In this document: positions 9,822 through 20,075 of the stretch, piece by piece
How positions within the stretch are numbered: position 1 is the stretch's first letter
Layout of the letters: each line of letters opens with the position of its first letter
IMG/VR virus record: IMGVR_UViG_3300009149_000023
Coordinates: 9,097-73,096 of that record
Length of the DNA stretch: 64,000 nucleotides
Direction: 5' to 3' (one strand)
DNA from: a virus
The notes under the pieces: generated by a model
Databases searched by the model: none
What the model saw: the letters and a program-made list of their open reading frames with translations, nothing else
Told to the model about the DNA's origin: nothing
Made by a program: the position numbers and the translations under genes

Positions 9822-10555
9822 GCCTTTGGTACATATTCAGATACAGAGCAAAACGAATGTTTTGTCTTATGTTGAGAAGAATTGCCATTAATTTAAATCA
9901 GGAGGACTTAATGAGTTCACGGTACAATCACATGCTGAAAGTTGTCAGCACAAAAAACAAGCTAAGGTATTCGGTGCTTAAAGGTTTTGTAGAAGTAGTT
10001 TCTAACTACAATCCTTTTTTGTACGAGGTTGACGAAGCTTCGTGGGAAGAGATGTCTAAATATAGCACAGTGTGGGAACCTCTATTCAGAGATCATCACT
10101 CGCTTTATTTTAAAGACTTCAAACCAACAGAAGTCGAACTAAAAAATATGTATTGTGCTTATTACGGATTATGCAAAGTGCCTTACCACAAAGTAGCCTT
10201 GAGGGCAAACTTTAAGGAAAATCCATATGTACTTATTCAACAACCTATTAAGAACCTGGAAGTAGCTGCTGAACATCTTAAGACAATGGCAGCACATTTT
10301 CCTCATATTAAAGAACCTTTCAAGTGGGCAGTAGCTTCAGTTGCTTATTTCTCAGATCCTATTAAGATAATGGATATGATAAAAGCAATTAAGTCAACTA
10401 CAGTCGGCGATGCTGTGCAGCATCCTGACGCCTTGCAGAAGGCCCTGAGAAAGGGGTTTGGTGATCAAGCTGACTCTTTAATCGACTTGGTAGATAATTT
10501 TAGGATAGCACAAGAGAAATACCAAAAAGAAGAATTGGAAATGATGGTTAGTTAA
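9818..10555 (+). CDS. Hypothetical protein
   Basis: 245-aa ORF. An alternative start at 9911 sits behind GGAGG. Confidence 0.65.
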   Translation: MSLWYIFRYRAKRMFCLMLRRIAINLNQEDLMSSRYNHMLKVVSTKNKLRYSVLKGFVEVVSNYNPFLYEVDEASWEEMSKYSTVWEPLFRDHHSLYFKDFKPTEVELKNMYCAYYGLCKVPYHKVALRANFKENPYVLIQQPIKNLEVAAEHLKTMAAHFPHIKEPFKWAVASVAYFSDPIKIMDMIKAIKSTTVGDAVQHPDALQKALRKGFGDQADSLIDLVDNFRIAQEKYQKEELEMMVS

Positions 10556-10583
10556 GACTGTTCGTATCTCCTAGTACGACAAC

Positions 10584-10633
10584 ATAAAAGAGACTCTGTA
10601 CGTAAATGCGTAAAAGGAGTCTCTTTTATTTTT
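10584..10633 (+). terminator. Intrinsic terminator-like hairpin
   Basis: ATAAAAGAGACTC ... GAGTCTCTTTTAT inverted repeat followed by a T run. Confidence 0.7.
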
Positions 10634-10655
10634 AGGTTGTTTTGCTCATATCGTT

Positions 10656-10671
10656 AAAACACAACAAGTGA
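10656..10671 (+). promoter_or_regulatory. Putative phage-specific promoter AAAACACAACAAGTGA
   Basis: Copy of the recurring motif, between a terminator and the neck/RNAP operon. Confidence 0.65.
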
Positions 10672-10701
10672 TTGGAATAGTTCATGGAGGTATACTTAAT
10701 T

Positions 10702-11268
10702 ATGAGTAAGAAAAGAGGAAAAAGTACAAAGGTCGCAAGTTGGAATTTTCTTGTAGCTAAAGATCGGATTAGAAAAGCTAAACCTTTAGTCTACAAACAA
10801 TACGAGAAAGAACTAGTTGAGATAGCAAATGTGACTCGAGCACTATTTGAAAATGCTATCCTCAAGGACATGTATACTAAGCTTGCAAAACAGTTCTTTG
10901 AGCAGATTAAAGGGACTAGAACTTTAGAGCAAGCAGGCGAAATTATTAATGAATTTCTTACACTAGCAAATGAGACTTCAAAATCATCAGCTTTATTCGA
11001 AATCGACGAACAAATCAAAGATGTCGAAAAACAAGTTACCTCAATGACAGACGAAGGCAAAACTCAGGAAGAAATTGATGCTTATGTTGAAGAGCACCTA
11101 ACTGCTCCTTTACAAAAGGTATATGAAGATTTAGAATCTGATGGTTTAGTTGAGGATGGCATATTAGCTGATGCTGAAAAAATACTTCAAGAAATTGAAG
11201 ACGAGGAAAACCAAGCCGAGGGGGAAATAGATAATGGTAACACTGACGAGTCTGTATCGCTACGCTAA
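10702..11268 (+). CDS. Hypothetical helical protein with acidic C-terminus
   Basis: Start reassigned to MSKKRG behind GGAGG. Confidence 0.7.
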   Translation: MSKKRGKSTKVASWNFLVAKDRIRKAKPLVYKQYEKELVEIANVTRALFENAILKDMYTKLAKQFFEQIKGTRTLEQAGEIINEFLTLANETSKSSALFEIDEQIKDVEKQVTSMTDEGKTQEEIDAYVEEHLTAPLQKVYEDLESDGLVEDGILADAEKILQEIEDEENQAEGEIDNGNTDESVSLR

Positions 11269-11953
11269 ACAAAAATTAGGACTACCTTATGTAGAATTTG
11301 AAAAGTCAGATGATGAGCTTTTCGAAATACTTAAAGAAACAACCATGCCTACTTTTAATCGTTACTTCCCTCATGTTAATAATATGGCACTTGACACACG
11401 TTTAGCTGAAAACTTAACAGATATTCCAAATGAGTATTGGTTAAGAGATCCAGACAATCAAGAAATATTTTCAGTTAGCAAAGTGTTAGATGTATATAAC
11501 ACGTTAATTGTTCATGGTTATCCTATTGATGTAGCATTCAGACAGTTTGATGATATTCCTAACTGGGCGTTAAGTGTAGATAGAGCTGAAACAGCTTATC
11601 TGTATTCACCTGCTAGAATGACTTTTTCTTTTATGCCTCCAAACAAAATCAGAGTAATGCCTTCTAATTCAATCTCGGGCGGAGTGTTTACTGTGCAATA
11701 TGAAAGAGGTCATAAAGACGATTTAAGCACACTTCAGAATCAATACGAGCATTATCTTAAAGAACTTTTTCTAGCTGATTGCAAACTTGAAATAGGTAAC
11801 ATAAGAAAGAAGTATCAGAACTTCACAACACCTTTTGGAGAGATTCCTCTGAATGGTGATGATCTTATTTCTCAAGGAACTGCAGAAAGAGAAAAGTTAT
11901 ATTCTGAGTTTGAAGAAAAAGCTCTGCCGAATATTCTAATCAAAGTCGGATAA
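11234..11953 (+). CDS. Neck / head-completion protein, T4 gp13-like
   Basis: KLGLPYVEFE..DDEL at the N-terminus; GNIRKKY...PFGEIPLNGDDL..G..E at the C-terminus. Confidence 0.75.
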   Translation: MVTLTSLYRYAKQKLGLPYVEFEKSDDELFEILKETTMPTFNRYFPHVNNMALDTRLAENLTDIPNEYWLRDPDNQEIFSVSKVLDVYNTLIVHGYPIDVAFRQFDDIPNWALSVDRAETAYLYSPARMTFSFMPPNKIRVMPSNSISGGVFTVQYERGHKDDLSTLQNQYEHYLKELFLADCKLEIGNIRKKYQNFTTPFGEIPLNGDDLISQGTAEREKLYSEFEEKALPNILIKVG

Positions 11954-11977
11954 GTACTAACAGGAGGATTACGCATA

Positions 11978-12625
11978 ATGACGTTTGCATTTGATATTGA
12001 TGGAGTTATTGTTGATGTTAATAAAACAGTGCAGCAATATCTCAGAAAAACACATAACCTAACATACAAACAATTAGGTGTACAATATATCTGGCCTAAG
12101 CGTTTGTCTGAGTTTGAAGGTGTATTTGATGAGATGATTCGTCTTGATATAGAAAGGTTCATCTTTCAATCTTTCGATTATATACAAGACAGCATTTACC
12201 GTACAGCCATCCTAAGCTCAATGAAGACTTTAGGCAAACAAGGACATAAAATTTACATAATTACCAATAGGCCCATTTATACAAAAGATGTTACACGACA
12301 GTGCTTTCCTGAAGATGTAGCTGAACATATAGAAGATTTCTTATTCTTTGAAGAAGGCATAGATACAGAAGGTAATGAAGACCTTTTTAAAATTAAAAGA
12401 TGTCAATCGGTTAATGTTGACGTTTTAATAGATGATCGTGCTGATAATATAAAAGCTTTCGCAGAAACTACTAAGCATGGATTTTGGTTTGTCGATGAGA
12501 TTCCTGAGGCAGATAGAATCAATGAAATTACAAAGTTAAACTCTGTTATTGTGTGTGACAGCAGTAACTTAAAGAAAAAACTCAGAGAGGTAATATACAA
12601 TGTCAACTCGTCTGAAAGACACTGA
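11978..12625 (+). CDS. HAD-superfamily 5'(3')-nucleotidase-like hydrolase
   Basis: FDIDGV, IITNR, K and LIDDR HAD motifs I-IV. Confidence 0.85.
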   Translation: MTFAFDIDGVIVDVNKTVQQYLRKTHNLTYKQLGVQYIWPKRLSEFEGVFDEMIRLDIERFIFQSFDYIQDSIYRTAILSSMKTLGKQGHKIYIITNRPIYTKDVTRQCFPEDVAEHIEDFLFFEEGIDTEGNEDLFKIKRCQSVNVDVLIDDRADNIKAFAETTKHGFWFVDEIPEADRINEITKLNSVIVCDSSNLKKKLREVIYNVNSSERH

Positions 12626-15473
12626 AAAATTCTGTGCCAAACTGATCCCCGTTACCTCTCCTTCTGTATTTAGAAAATTAGGAGAAACTGTAACCTTTGA
12701 TGAGAAAGGTATTCTTTCTTATGAGATCTTTGGTACTAATGAGAATGAAAGAAGGGTAAGACACTCTTTCATTAATCTAAAGAATGTTCAAGTTCTTCAT
12801 CCTATTCTATACGATAAACTGAAAATTAATAGTAAGTTAAAAAACATTCTATATAATAAAGGTTCTTACATTATTAAGGGTGGCGAGCTTATTGCTGACC
12901 CAAATGGAGATACAGGCATATCATTTTTTAAGTCTATTGTAGGAAGATATAAGCCTGAATCAGCTGCTATTCAAAAAGTCTTTGATATTATTAAAGTATC
13001 ACCTTTTGCTTTCTTAAATAAGATTATTGTGATACCTCCTGCATTCAGAGAGACTGGAAAAGAATTAGTTTATAGAACCGTAACGGATCTCAATAAAGCA
13101 TATACTTCTTTAATTCGTGCAGCTAATGCAATTGCGGCTTCGGGAGACGCTGATGCTTACTCGGCTGAAATACAAAGGCTCATGGAAAATCTATATATTG
13201 CTATTAAAGCACAAATTGGTTCCAAAGACGGAATATCAAGATCAAATATTCAAGGAAAACGTTTAGACTTTTCAGGTCGCGCTGTTATTACAATGGACCT
13301 GTCCTTAAAAATAGATGAATGTATTCTTCCTTTAGTTATAGCATTAAAAATGTTTGAACCTTTCATAATTGCTGAGTTTAAGAAACAGCCCGGACGTAAG
13401 CCAGGCGACTATTTAATTTATGATATGTTACAAGATGTTTATGATAATCTTGATGCCAGTGACTATTATGAAGAAGTTAAGAAAGTAATAGATTCAATTG
13501 CCGCAACACGCCTTGTGCTGCTTAATCGTGCACCTTCTCTACATAAACTATCACTGCTTGCATTCAAACCGCGCATAACCTTAGATAAGGTTATCAAACT
13601 AAATCCTTTTATACTTGATGGATACAATGCTGACTTTGATGGTGACCAGATGGGTGTATACAGTCCTTTGACAAGACAAGGACAAGAGGAAGCTAAAAAA
13701 CTTCTACCTTCCAATAACTTATTTAATGTAGCTTCAAGAAAGATATCAACACAGCTTTCTGAAAACTTTGCGTTATACTTATATTATAGTACTGCATGGG
13801 AGTCAACTTCTGCACCCGCAAGTAAGTTAGACACTAATAAAAAGAATCTTGATTTCTTTAGACGTGTTACACTTAAAGGAGAAACAGCTACCGTAGGCAG
13901 ATGGTTATTAACTCTTGCTATTAGAGAAGCTGTCTTGGATGATAAGTATCCTATAATTAAGCAGCCTATAAATAAATCAATATTTAGTCAAATGTTATCT
14001 GATATCTTTATGAAGTATGGTAAGAATGCTTTGATAGGTGTGCTGTATAAAGTTAGAGATTTGACCATGGAATATGGTTCATTACTACCAGACGTACTTC
14101 CTGAAATAAAACTTAGTGACACTGCTAAGAAAGAGCTCCTTCCTAAAATAGAAGAATTAAAACATACTCCTGATGTATGGGATGATATTGTAAGTATAGT
14201 AAAAAGAGATATAAGAAATCATCAAAAGAACTTATACATTCTTCTTGAATCTAAAACAACTAAGCTTGACTGGAATAAGATTACACAGGCGTTAGTTGCT
14301 AAAGGCTATACTCAAACACTTTCAGGTGAGAACAAATTAATGACATCAAGTCAGCTCGATGGTTTAACACAAGAAGAACTTTTAGTGGATACTTCTAATG
14401 CTAGAAGAGGTATTGTTGACAGAGCTCTTATGACAGGTAAGCCTGGTTATTTAACCAGAAAGCTAATTTTTGCATTAGGCTCAACATTACTACATCCTAC
14501 ATTAAAAGATTGTGGAACTAGCAGAACACTAAAACTAAGAGTAAACAAGAATCATGTTAATAGCTTAGTAGGAAGATATGCTTTATTAAATGGTAAGCTA
14601 GTTTTACTTGAGAAAGCTGATGCTGAAAAATTAGTAGGAAGTACAATCAATGTAAGGTCTCCTGCCTACTGTAAGAGTAAACAAATATGCCATACTTGTT
14701 ATGGCATGCTAAGCAAATATGTGAACTCAAAGAACATAGGTATTATAGCTTCTCAAGCTATAGGCGAGTTAGGTACTCAGATGATTATGAGAACCTTCCA
14801 TGTAGATACTCTTGTTACTACAGCTAAAAAGACATTACCTACTATTAAAGAATTTAAGTTAACAGATGCAGGTTATGTAGCGATGCAGCCTGTGGTAATA
14901 CATTTAAAGAAAGACGATATAGAAGAAAGGTCTGACTTTAGTATAGTAACAAAAGCTATTACTGTCAACGATGCACGATACGATTTTGTATTTACTGTTT
15001 CCTTATTAGCTGTCGAAGACTCAAGAGAAACAGCAACTACACTAGAGTTAGCATTTCCTAAAGGAGCTATTCCTCTATTCGGAGGCTCAACAGGACATCT
15101 AAGGGATAAGATATCTGAAGTTGATGGTTTATTTGAATTAAGTCAGAAACTAAAAATTAGAGATGCCACAGCATTACTAGAAAGACTATTTGATGAATAT
15201 TATACGCTTGGTAAACTAGATCATGTACATTTTGAATTGTTTATAGGTGCTATGATGAGAAGTAAAGCTAAGCCTGAAATTCCTTTCAGATTATCAACTG
15301 ATACAGCTTACCAATTAGTGCCTATCTCAAAAGTAGCACTTTATGAAAGTCCTCAACTTGCTTTTATATTCCAAAGACAGTCAGATGCTATTATTGCAGG
15401 ACTATATCAAGATACTCTTGAAGAAGACCCAGAAGAACGAACCAAATCCGATTTAGAAGAATATTACTACTAG
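12600..15473 (+). CDS. rpoC: Phage multi-subunit RNA polymerase beta' subunit (unsplit, compact)
   Basis: GKRLDFSGRAVI, LNRAPSLH, NADFDGDQM (13626-13646), bridge helix ARRGIVDRALMTGKPGYLTRKL, DCGT/RSP..C..C..CYG zinc site, trigger loop QAIGELGTQMIMRTFH. Confidence 0.95.
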   Translation: MSTRLKDTEKFCAKLIPVTSPSVFRKLGETVTFDEKGILSYEIFGTNENERRVRHSFINLKNVQVLHPILYDKLKINSKLKNILYNKGSYIIKGGELIADPNGDTGISFFKSIVGRYKPESAAIQKVFDIIKVSPFAFLNKIIVIPPAFRETGKELVYRTVTDLNKAYTSLIRAANAIAASGDADAYSAEIQRLMENLYIAIKAQIGSKDGISRSNIQGKRLDFSGRAVITMDLSLKIDECILPLVIALKMFEPFIIAEFKKQPGRKPGDYLIYDMLQDVYDNLDASDYYEEVKKVIDSIAATRLVLLNRAPSLHKLSLLAFKPRITLDKVIKLNPFILDGYNADFDGDQMGVYSPLTRQGQEEAKKLLPSNNLFNVASRKISTQLSENFALYLYYSTAWESTSAPASKLDTNKKNLDFFRRVTLKGETATVGRWLLTLAIREAVLDDKYPIIKQPINKSIFSQMLSDIFMKYGKNALIGVLYKVRDLTMEYGSLLPDVLPEIKLSDTAKKELLPKIEELKHTPDVWDDIVSIVKRDIRNHQKNLYILLESKTTKLDWNKITQALVAKGYTQTLSGENKLMTSSQLDGLTQEELLVDTSNARRGIVDRALMTGKPGYLTRKLIFALGSTLLHPTLKDCGTSRTLKLRVNKNHVNSLVGRYALLNGKLVLLEKADAEKLVGSTINVRSPAYCKSKQICHTCYGMLSKYVNSKNIGIIASQAIGELGTQMIMRTFHVDTLVTTAKKTLPTIKEFKLTDAGYVAMQPVVIHLKKDDIEERSDFSIVTKAITVNDARYDFVFTVSLLAVEDSRETATTLELAFPKGAIPLFGGSTGHLRDKISEVDGLFELSQKLKIRDATALLERLFDEYYTLGKLDHVHFELFIGAMMRSKAKPEIPFRLSTDTAYQLVPISKVALYESPQLAFIFQRQSDAIIAGLYQDTLEEDPEERTKSDLEEYYY

Positions 15474-15482
15474 GAGGCAGCT

Positions 15483-18400
15483 TTGTATCTGCAAAGATTT
15501 AGATTATTTAGTTCACGAGACCCTAAACTCCGGTTTGAAGACGAAGGTTATAGAATATTTACTATAGTGGAGAATTCAACTTTTCCTAAACTATATCCTA
15601 AGTCAGGCCTCATGAAAGAAGATTGCCGTATTGTAGTAATCCCTAAAGTTCAGACAAAGTTTGGTTTAGTGCAGACTGCTAAATTAAAATCCGATTACTC
15701 CGCAACTAAATTAGTTTCGTATATTGATACACATACTATTAAAGAATCCGATAAGAATGCTTATATAGACTTAACACCTGTAATGGACTTTATGCGCCCA
15801 CGTTTAAAAAGGTTTGATTCAGATGTTGCCTACAGAACATTTATGGCTATGATGGATAACCTAGATACAGGTCCAGGTAAAAAAGTTTTACTTTATATGC
15901 TTGATATGACAAGGCCTGCAGCATTACGATTAACAGAGATGTATATAGCTGTATTGATTTATGCTATGATGCGAAGAAAGACTATGCCTTTCCATACAGT
16001 AATGTTTGGTGCTATTGGCGGTGGTAGTAAGTTTAGAAAGATTTATGAAGCTGACGATTCGTTAAACAGTTATCAAAAGATTATATCAACTATGAGGACT
16101 GAACTTTCACATATGAGTTCAGGTGCCATGTCTATTGCAATGGCGCAGCAAATTAGCGAAGACTTAGATGTGCCTACAGAAAAGGTAATTCCTATTATAA
16201 AGACTCTAATAAGTGATACACCCCCTGAGCAAAGATCTAGACTTATAAACCTCGCAAATGCTGATCCTAAGAAGATTAGGGAAATAGTAGTTAAGACTTC
16301 TCAGAAGATGACAGGGCATACTATCATTAAAGATCTACCTTTACAGCTAAAGAAAGTTGAAATGAAAACTTTGTCTGCTGATATGCCTAGTGCACAAATT
16401 ACACAAGTAACGGAGTTAACAAAAGCTAAGCAACCTGTTACTTCACTTGATATAAGTTCAGATCTTAATACACATTTAGTTATTCCTAGGATGACTTTAA
16501 ACGTTAATTCAGTATCATTAGCTCCTTTAGTTAATCATGTTACTGGTAAAGAGTTTTCAACTACGTTGGATGTTAGCCCTAATCCTAAGTTTTCAGGAAC
16601 TAACCTTATTAAAGTTAAGATTGTTGATTCCAAGACAAATAAAACACAGGACATCGAAGCAATTATCCCTAACTTAAAGTCTGATGGATCCTTTAAGATG
16701 TATGGACAAACATATACACTTAAGAAACAAATTGCGTCACTTCCTGTAGCAAAGTATAAAGAGAATGAGATTTCTATTGAAACATTACTGACTAACTTTA
16801 AGCTTGTTCGCAAAAAAGTAGGGCATAAAGTTTATATCAATTTCAGTAAGTATACTTCACTGCCTTTATTCTATTATTTAGCTGCTGTTATAGGACCAGA
16901 AGCTCTTTGTAAGAAACTAGACATCGAGGTCACTAAAACAGGAAAAGGTTTAACACTGCAACCTAAAGGTGGCTTAGGTTCAATAATTTCTCCAAAGATG
17001 CTAGAATCAACTGACAAAGACTACTTTAAAAAAGAGTTAGAGAAGATGATAGGTAACAGAGGATTAATTCACTACTTAGTAGAGAAGCTTCCAGAAAAAG
17101 CAATAGATCCTAGCACGCTTGATTTACTTAAAACATCTAAGATGCCAACTAATTTTATTGATATGATTATATTTGCAGCAACAAAACTGGTTAAGGATTT
17201 ACCGGAAGCTCCTAATGACCTACATCATAGAAGAATAAGATCAACAGAAGTAGTTAATAAGATATTCTTATCTGGCTTAGATAGAGCACTTAGTACTTAT
17301 AAACAGGATGTAGCTTCTGGTAGAGTAGATGCTGACATTGTAATTGATCCTAACTTTGTTATGAATACTTTGAGAGAAACGGGTGCTATAGACTTTGCGG
17401 AAAGTAAACCTAATCCTGTAGCAGAAATTGCTAGTAAGAATAAAGTAAATTATTCAGGCTATGCTACGTTTAGATCAGAGAATACTCCTATAGCTTTTAG
17501 AGATATTCATCCGTCACAGAAAGGATTACTTGATCCAATCGAAACAGCAAAAGATTCTTCAGTGGGAGATCAATTATATTTAACAGTATCTCCTAACATA
17601 ATGTCTAATAATAATCTTTTTGTTCCTACAAGCAACCCTGATTCAATGCTAGGCTATACAACTAGCTTAACTCCTTTTCTTGAATCTTCTGCTACCGCAC
17701 GTACAAACATGGGAACCTCTCATACAAAGCAAGCAGTACCTATAGTTGAGTCTGAAGCACCTTTTGTTATGAGTGGTATAGAAGGTGTCTATAAAGACAT
17801 TACTTCTGACAAGTTTATTACTAAGTCACCTGTAGACGGAAAAGTTACTTCTATTAAGAAAACTTATATGACTATTACAGACAAGGCTAAAAAGACACAT
17901 AAGATCAATCTTGTTAAACCGCATATTACTACAGGAACAGGTATAGCAATAAATAATGTACATGCACCCGTTGTAAGTGTAGGTGATAACGTAAAGGTAA
18001 AGGATATCCTAGCTGAAAACTTTACCTTCAAAGGCGGCATTCTTGCTATAGGAAAGAACTTGCTCTGTGCCTTTGCTTTATACAATTCTACTAATTACAT
18101 GGATGGTGTTATCATATCATCACATTTAAAAGAGAGCATGGCTGTTGAAGAGATTAGTAAAAAAGTAGTGTATGTAAATCCTGAAACAGATAGAATACTT
18201 CATTTTCATTCTAAGCTAGGACCTATTGGAAAGAATACAACGCTTATTAAGTATGATACTTCTGCTTTTAACATAGCAGCTTATGAAAGGTCAGTAGTTA
18301 CAGTAAAAGGAAATGCTATAGGATCATTAGAAGCTATTGTATTAAAAGCACCTAAGAAGTCCTTAGCAGATGAGCTGTTACGAAAACTTCCAGACATAGA

Positions 18401-19334
18401 TAAGAGTAATATAACTGTTATCATTAAGGATGACATAGATAAAACCGTCGAGCTTACATTTGAAGTTAAGTTACTGAATACTCTTAAAGTTGGAGACAAG
18501 TTTGGTAATAAGCACGGAAACAAAGGTGTTATTAATCACATCATTCCTGAAGAAGAAACTCCTTACATTGTAGAAGATGGAAGATGGTTAGATTGTGTAT
18601 TAAATCCTTTGGGACTGTTTGGTCGAACTAACTGGGGACAGTATAAAGAATTATTGGTGTCTGCTATATTGTATGAGTTTAACAAACAGTTTGTAGAGAT
18701 ATACAAAGTCAAAGGAAGGAAAGCAGCTTCTGAATATTTTGCTTCTTCTGCTGTTAAGTTAAACAAGATTAAAGATTATGACAAACTAATTCTTTCTAGG
18801 CTTAACAGGATGTCTGACAAACAGATGAAGGAATTAGTTACTAGCATTAAAAAGGAAGAGCAATTACTTCCTATACACATTCCTCCATTCAAGAGTGCTT
18901 CGTATAGTGATCTATTAGCATTAGGAGAACAGCTAAATGTAGTTAAGACTATTAGATGTCCTGAACTTGGTAAAGATATTAGAGCATTAGTAGGTTACAT
19001 GTATTTCCATAGGCTAGAGCATTTACCTGAGTACAAATTAAATGCTAGGTCTACAGGTGTTTATAGATACAGAACTAAGCAGCCTGTTGCTGGAAAGAAG
19101 ATGATGGGTGGACAAAGATTTGGAGAAATGGAAAATTGGTGTTTACTTTCACATGATTGTCCTACAATAATGCAAGAGTTTAAGACAGTGCAGTCTGATG
19201 ACTTTGATTATAAGAATAAAGTTATAACACAGATACTAAATGGTGAAGTTCCTGAAATGCCTGCAACTAAACAGCATACTGCAATTTACGATATGTTCAA
19301 AGCTTTAATGACCGGGTTGCATATAGATATTTAA
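15483..19334 (+). CDS. rpoB: Phage multi-subunit RNA polymerase beta subunit with N-terminal extension
   Basis: RDIHPSQ.G.LDPIET, RTNMG..H.KQAVP, GDKFGNKHGNKGVI, NPLG..GRTN.GQ, GYMYF..L.H, ARSTG.Y, QP..GK..GGQRFGEME. TTG start with GGAGG. Confidence 0.93.
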   Translation: MYLQRFRLFSSRDPKLRFEDEGYRIFTIVENSTFPKLYPKSGLMKEDCRIVVIPKVQTKFGLVQTAKLKSDYSATKLVSYIDTHTIKESDKNAYIDLTPVMDFMRPRLKRFDSDVAYRTFMAMMDNLDTGPGKKVLLYMLDMTRPAALRLTEMYIAVLIYAMMRRKTMPFHTVMFGAIGGGSKFRKIYEADDSLNSYQKIISTMRTELSHMSSGAMSIAMAQQISEDLDVPTEKVIPIIKTLISDTPPEQRSRLINLANADPKKIREIVVKTSQKMTGHTIIKDLPLQLKKVEMKTLSADMPSAQITQVTELTKAKQPVTSLDISSDLNTHLVIPRMTLNVNSVSLAPLVNHVTGKEFSTTLDVSPNPKFSGTNLIKVKIVDSKTNKTQDIEAIIPNLKSDGSFKMYGQTYTLKKQIASLPVAKYKENEISIETLLTNFKLVRKKVGHKVYINFSKYTSLPLFYYLAAVIGPEALCKKLDIEVTKTGKGLTLQPKGGLGSIISPKMLESTDKDYFKKELEKMIGNRGLIHYLVEKLPEKAIDPSTLDLLKTSKMPTNFIDMIIFAATKLVKDLPEAPNDLHHRRIRSTEVVNKIFLSGLDRALSTYKQDVASGRVDADIVIDPNFVMNTLRETGAIDFAESKPNPVAEIASKNKVNYSGYATFRSENTPIAFRDIHPSQKGLLDPIETAKDSSVGDQLYLTVSPNIMSNNNLFVPTSNPDSMLGYTTSLTPFLESSATARTNMGTSHTKQAVPIVESEAPFVMSGIEGVYKDITSDKFITKSPVDGKVTSIKKTYMTITDKAKKTHKINLVKPHITTGTGIAINNVHAPVVSVGDNVKVKDILAENFTFKGGILAIGKNLLCAFALYNSTNYMDGVIISSHLKESMAVEEISKKVVYVNPETDRILHFHSKLGPIGKNTTLIKYDTSAFNIAAYERSVVTVKGNAIGSLEAIVLKAPKKSLADELLRKLPDIDKSNITVIIKDDIDKTVELTFEVKLLNTLKVGDKFGNKHGNKGVINHIIPEEETPYIVEDGRWLDCVLNPLGLFGRTNWGQYKELLVSAILYEFNKQFVEIYKVKGRKAASEYFASSAVKLNKIKDYDKLILSRLNRMSDKQMKELVTSIKKEEQLLPIHIPPFKSASYSDLLALGEQLNVVKTIRCPELGKDIRALVGYMYFHRLEHLPEYKLNARSTGVYRYRTKQPVAGKKMMGGQRFGEMENWCLLSHDCPTIMQEFKTVQSDDFDYKNKVITQILNGEVPEMPATKQHTAIYDMFKALMTGLHIDI

Positions 19335-19433
19335 AAATCCCCGTGTAATTTCTCATAACAGTAGTATTTGTTATTATGGACAAATTAAACCCAGTTTTTA
19401 TGTACGAGGGTGCAAGATTAAACTTAGAGGAAA

Positions 19434-19787
19434 ATGATGGCTAAATTTTCTTCTGATAATCCTATTATTATTGTAGATAAAGGTGTTATAAATTTAATTC
19501 CTATACTAAGGGATGCTGTTATTTTAGTAGCAGTAAAACATCCTGAAAAGGGAAATAAGTATACAGCTCGTATAACTACTACATTAGGAAATACTTACAA
19601 TCTAGGCTTATGGGATACAAGAGACGATGCCGAAACTTTTTTGCATGTTTTAGGTGATCTACTTTACGAGTATGCTGAAAATATTCAGAAATCGGAAAAC
19701 TTTCCTGAAATGATGATGAAAACAACATCACAATCAGATGATATAGATACTAAGAAATTCTCAAGGATGTTAAGGTTTGATGATTAA
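19434..19787 (+). CDS. Hypothetical protein
   Basis: 117-aa ORF with GAGG SD. Confidence 0.6.
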   Translation: MMAKFSSDNPIIIVDKGVINLIPILRDAVILVAVKHPEKGNKYTARITTTLGNTYNLGLWDTRDDAETFLHVLGDLLYEYAENIQKSENFPEMMMKTTSQSDDIDTKKFSRMLRFDD

Positions 19788-19815
19788 CTTTAACATATCA
19801 TATTCAACAAGTCTG

Positions 19816-19843
19816 TTGACTCATTCACAATCTTTTTTAAACT
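19816..19843 (+). promoter_or_regulatory. Possible sigma70-type promoter TTGACT-N16-TAAACT
   Basis: Intergenic, upstream of the small-gene array. The -35 overlaps the inverted repeat TCAACA-AGTC-TGTTGA. Confidence 0.35.
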
Positions 19844-19892
19844 TTGTAGATAATTTGCTGCCATTATACAGTTTTTATACAGGAGGTGCATA

Positions 19893-20075
19893 ATGTCTTG
19901 GGAAACTACTTATATGCTTATGAGGCAAAATAGCTATACGTTTCTATGTGTAGGAGTACTACTAGCTGAATGTGGCTTGTTTTACTGGGCCTTTACATTA
20001 AAGCAGTGTGCGAAGAAAGAAGCTAGACTAGTTGAACAAGCACTTGGTAAAGTTAGGAAGATAACTAATGATTAA
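19893..20075 (+). CDS. Small membrane protein
   Basis: AGGAGGT SD and one hydrophobic segment. Confidence 0.6.
   Translation: MSWETTYMLMRQNSYTFLCVGVLLAECGLFYWAFTLKQCAKKEARLVEQALGKVRKITND

Noticed and set aside
12600-19334. Bacterial chromosomal rpoBC locus
   Set aside because: Gene order is reversed, the sequences are highly divergent and compact, no ribosomal-protein genes flank them, and neighbours are virion genes.
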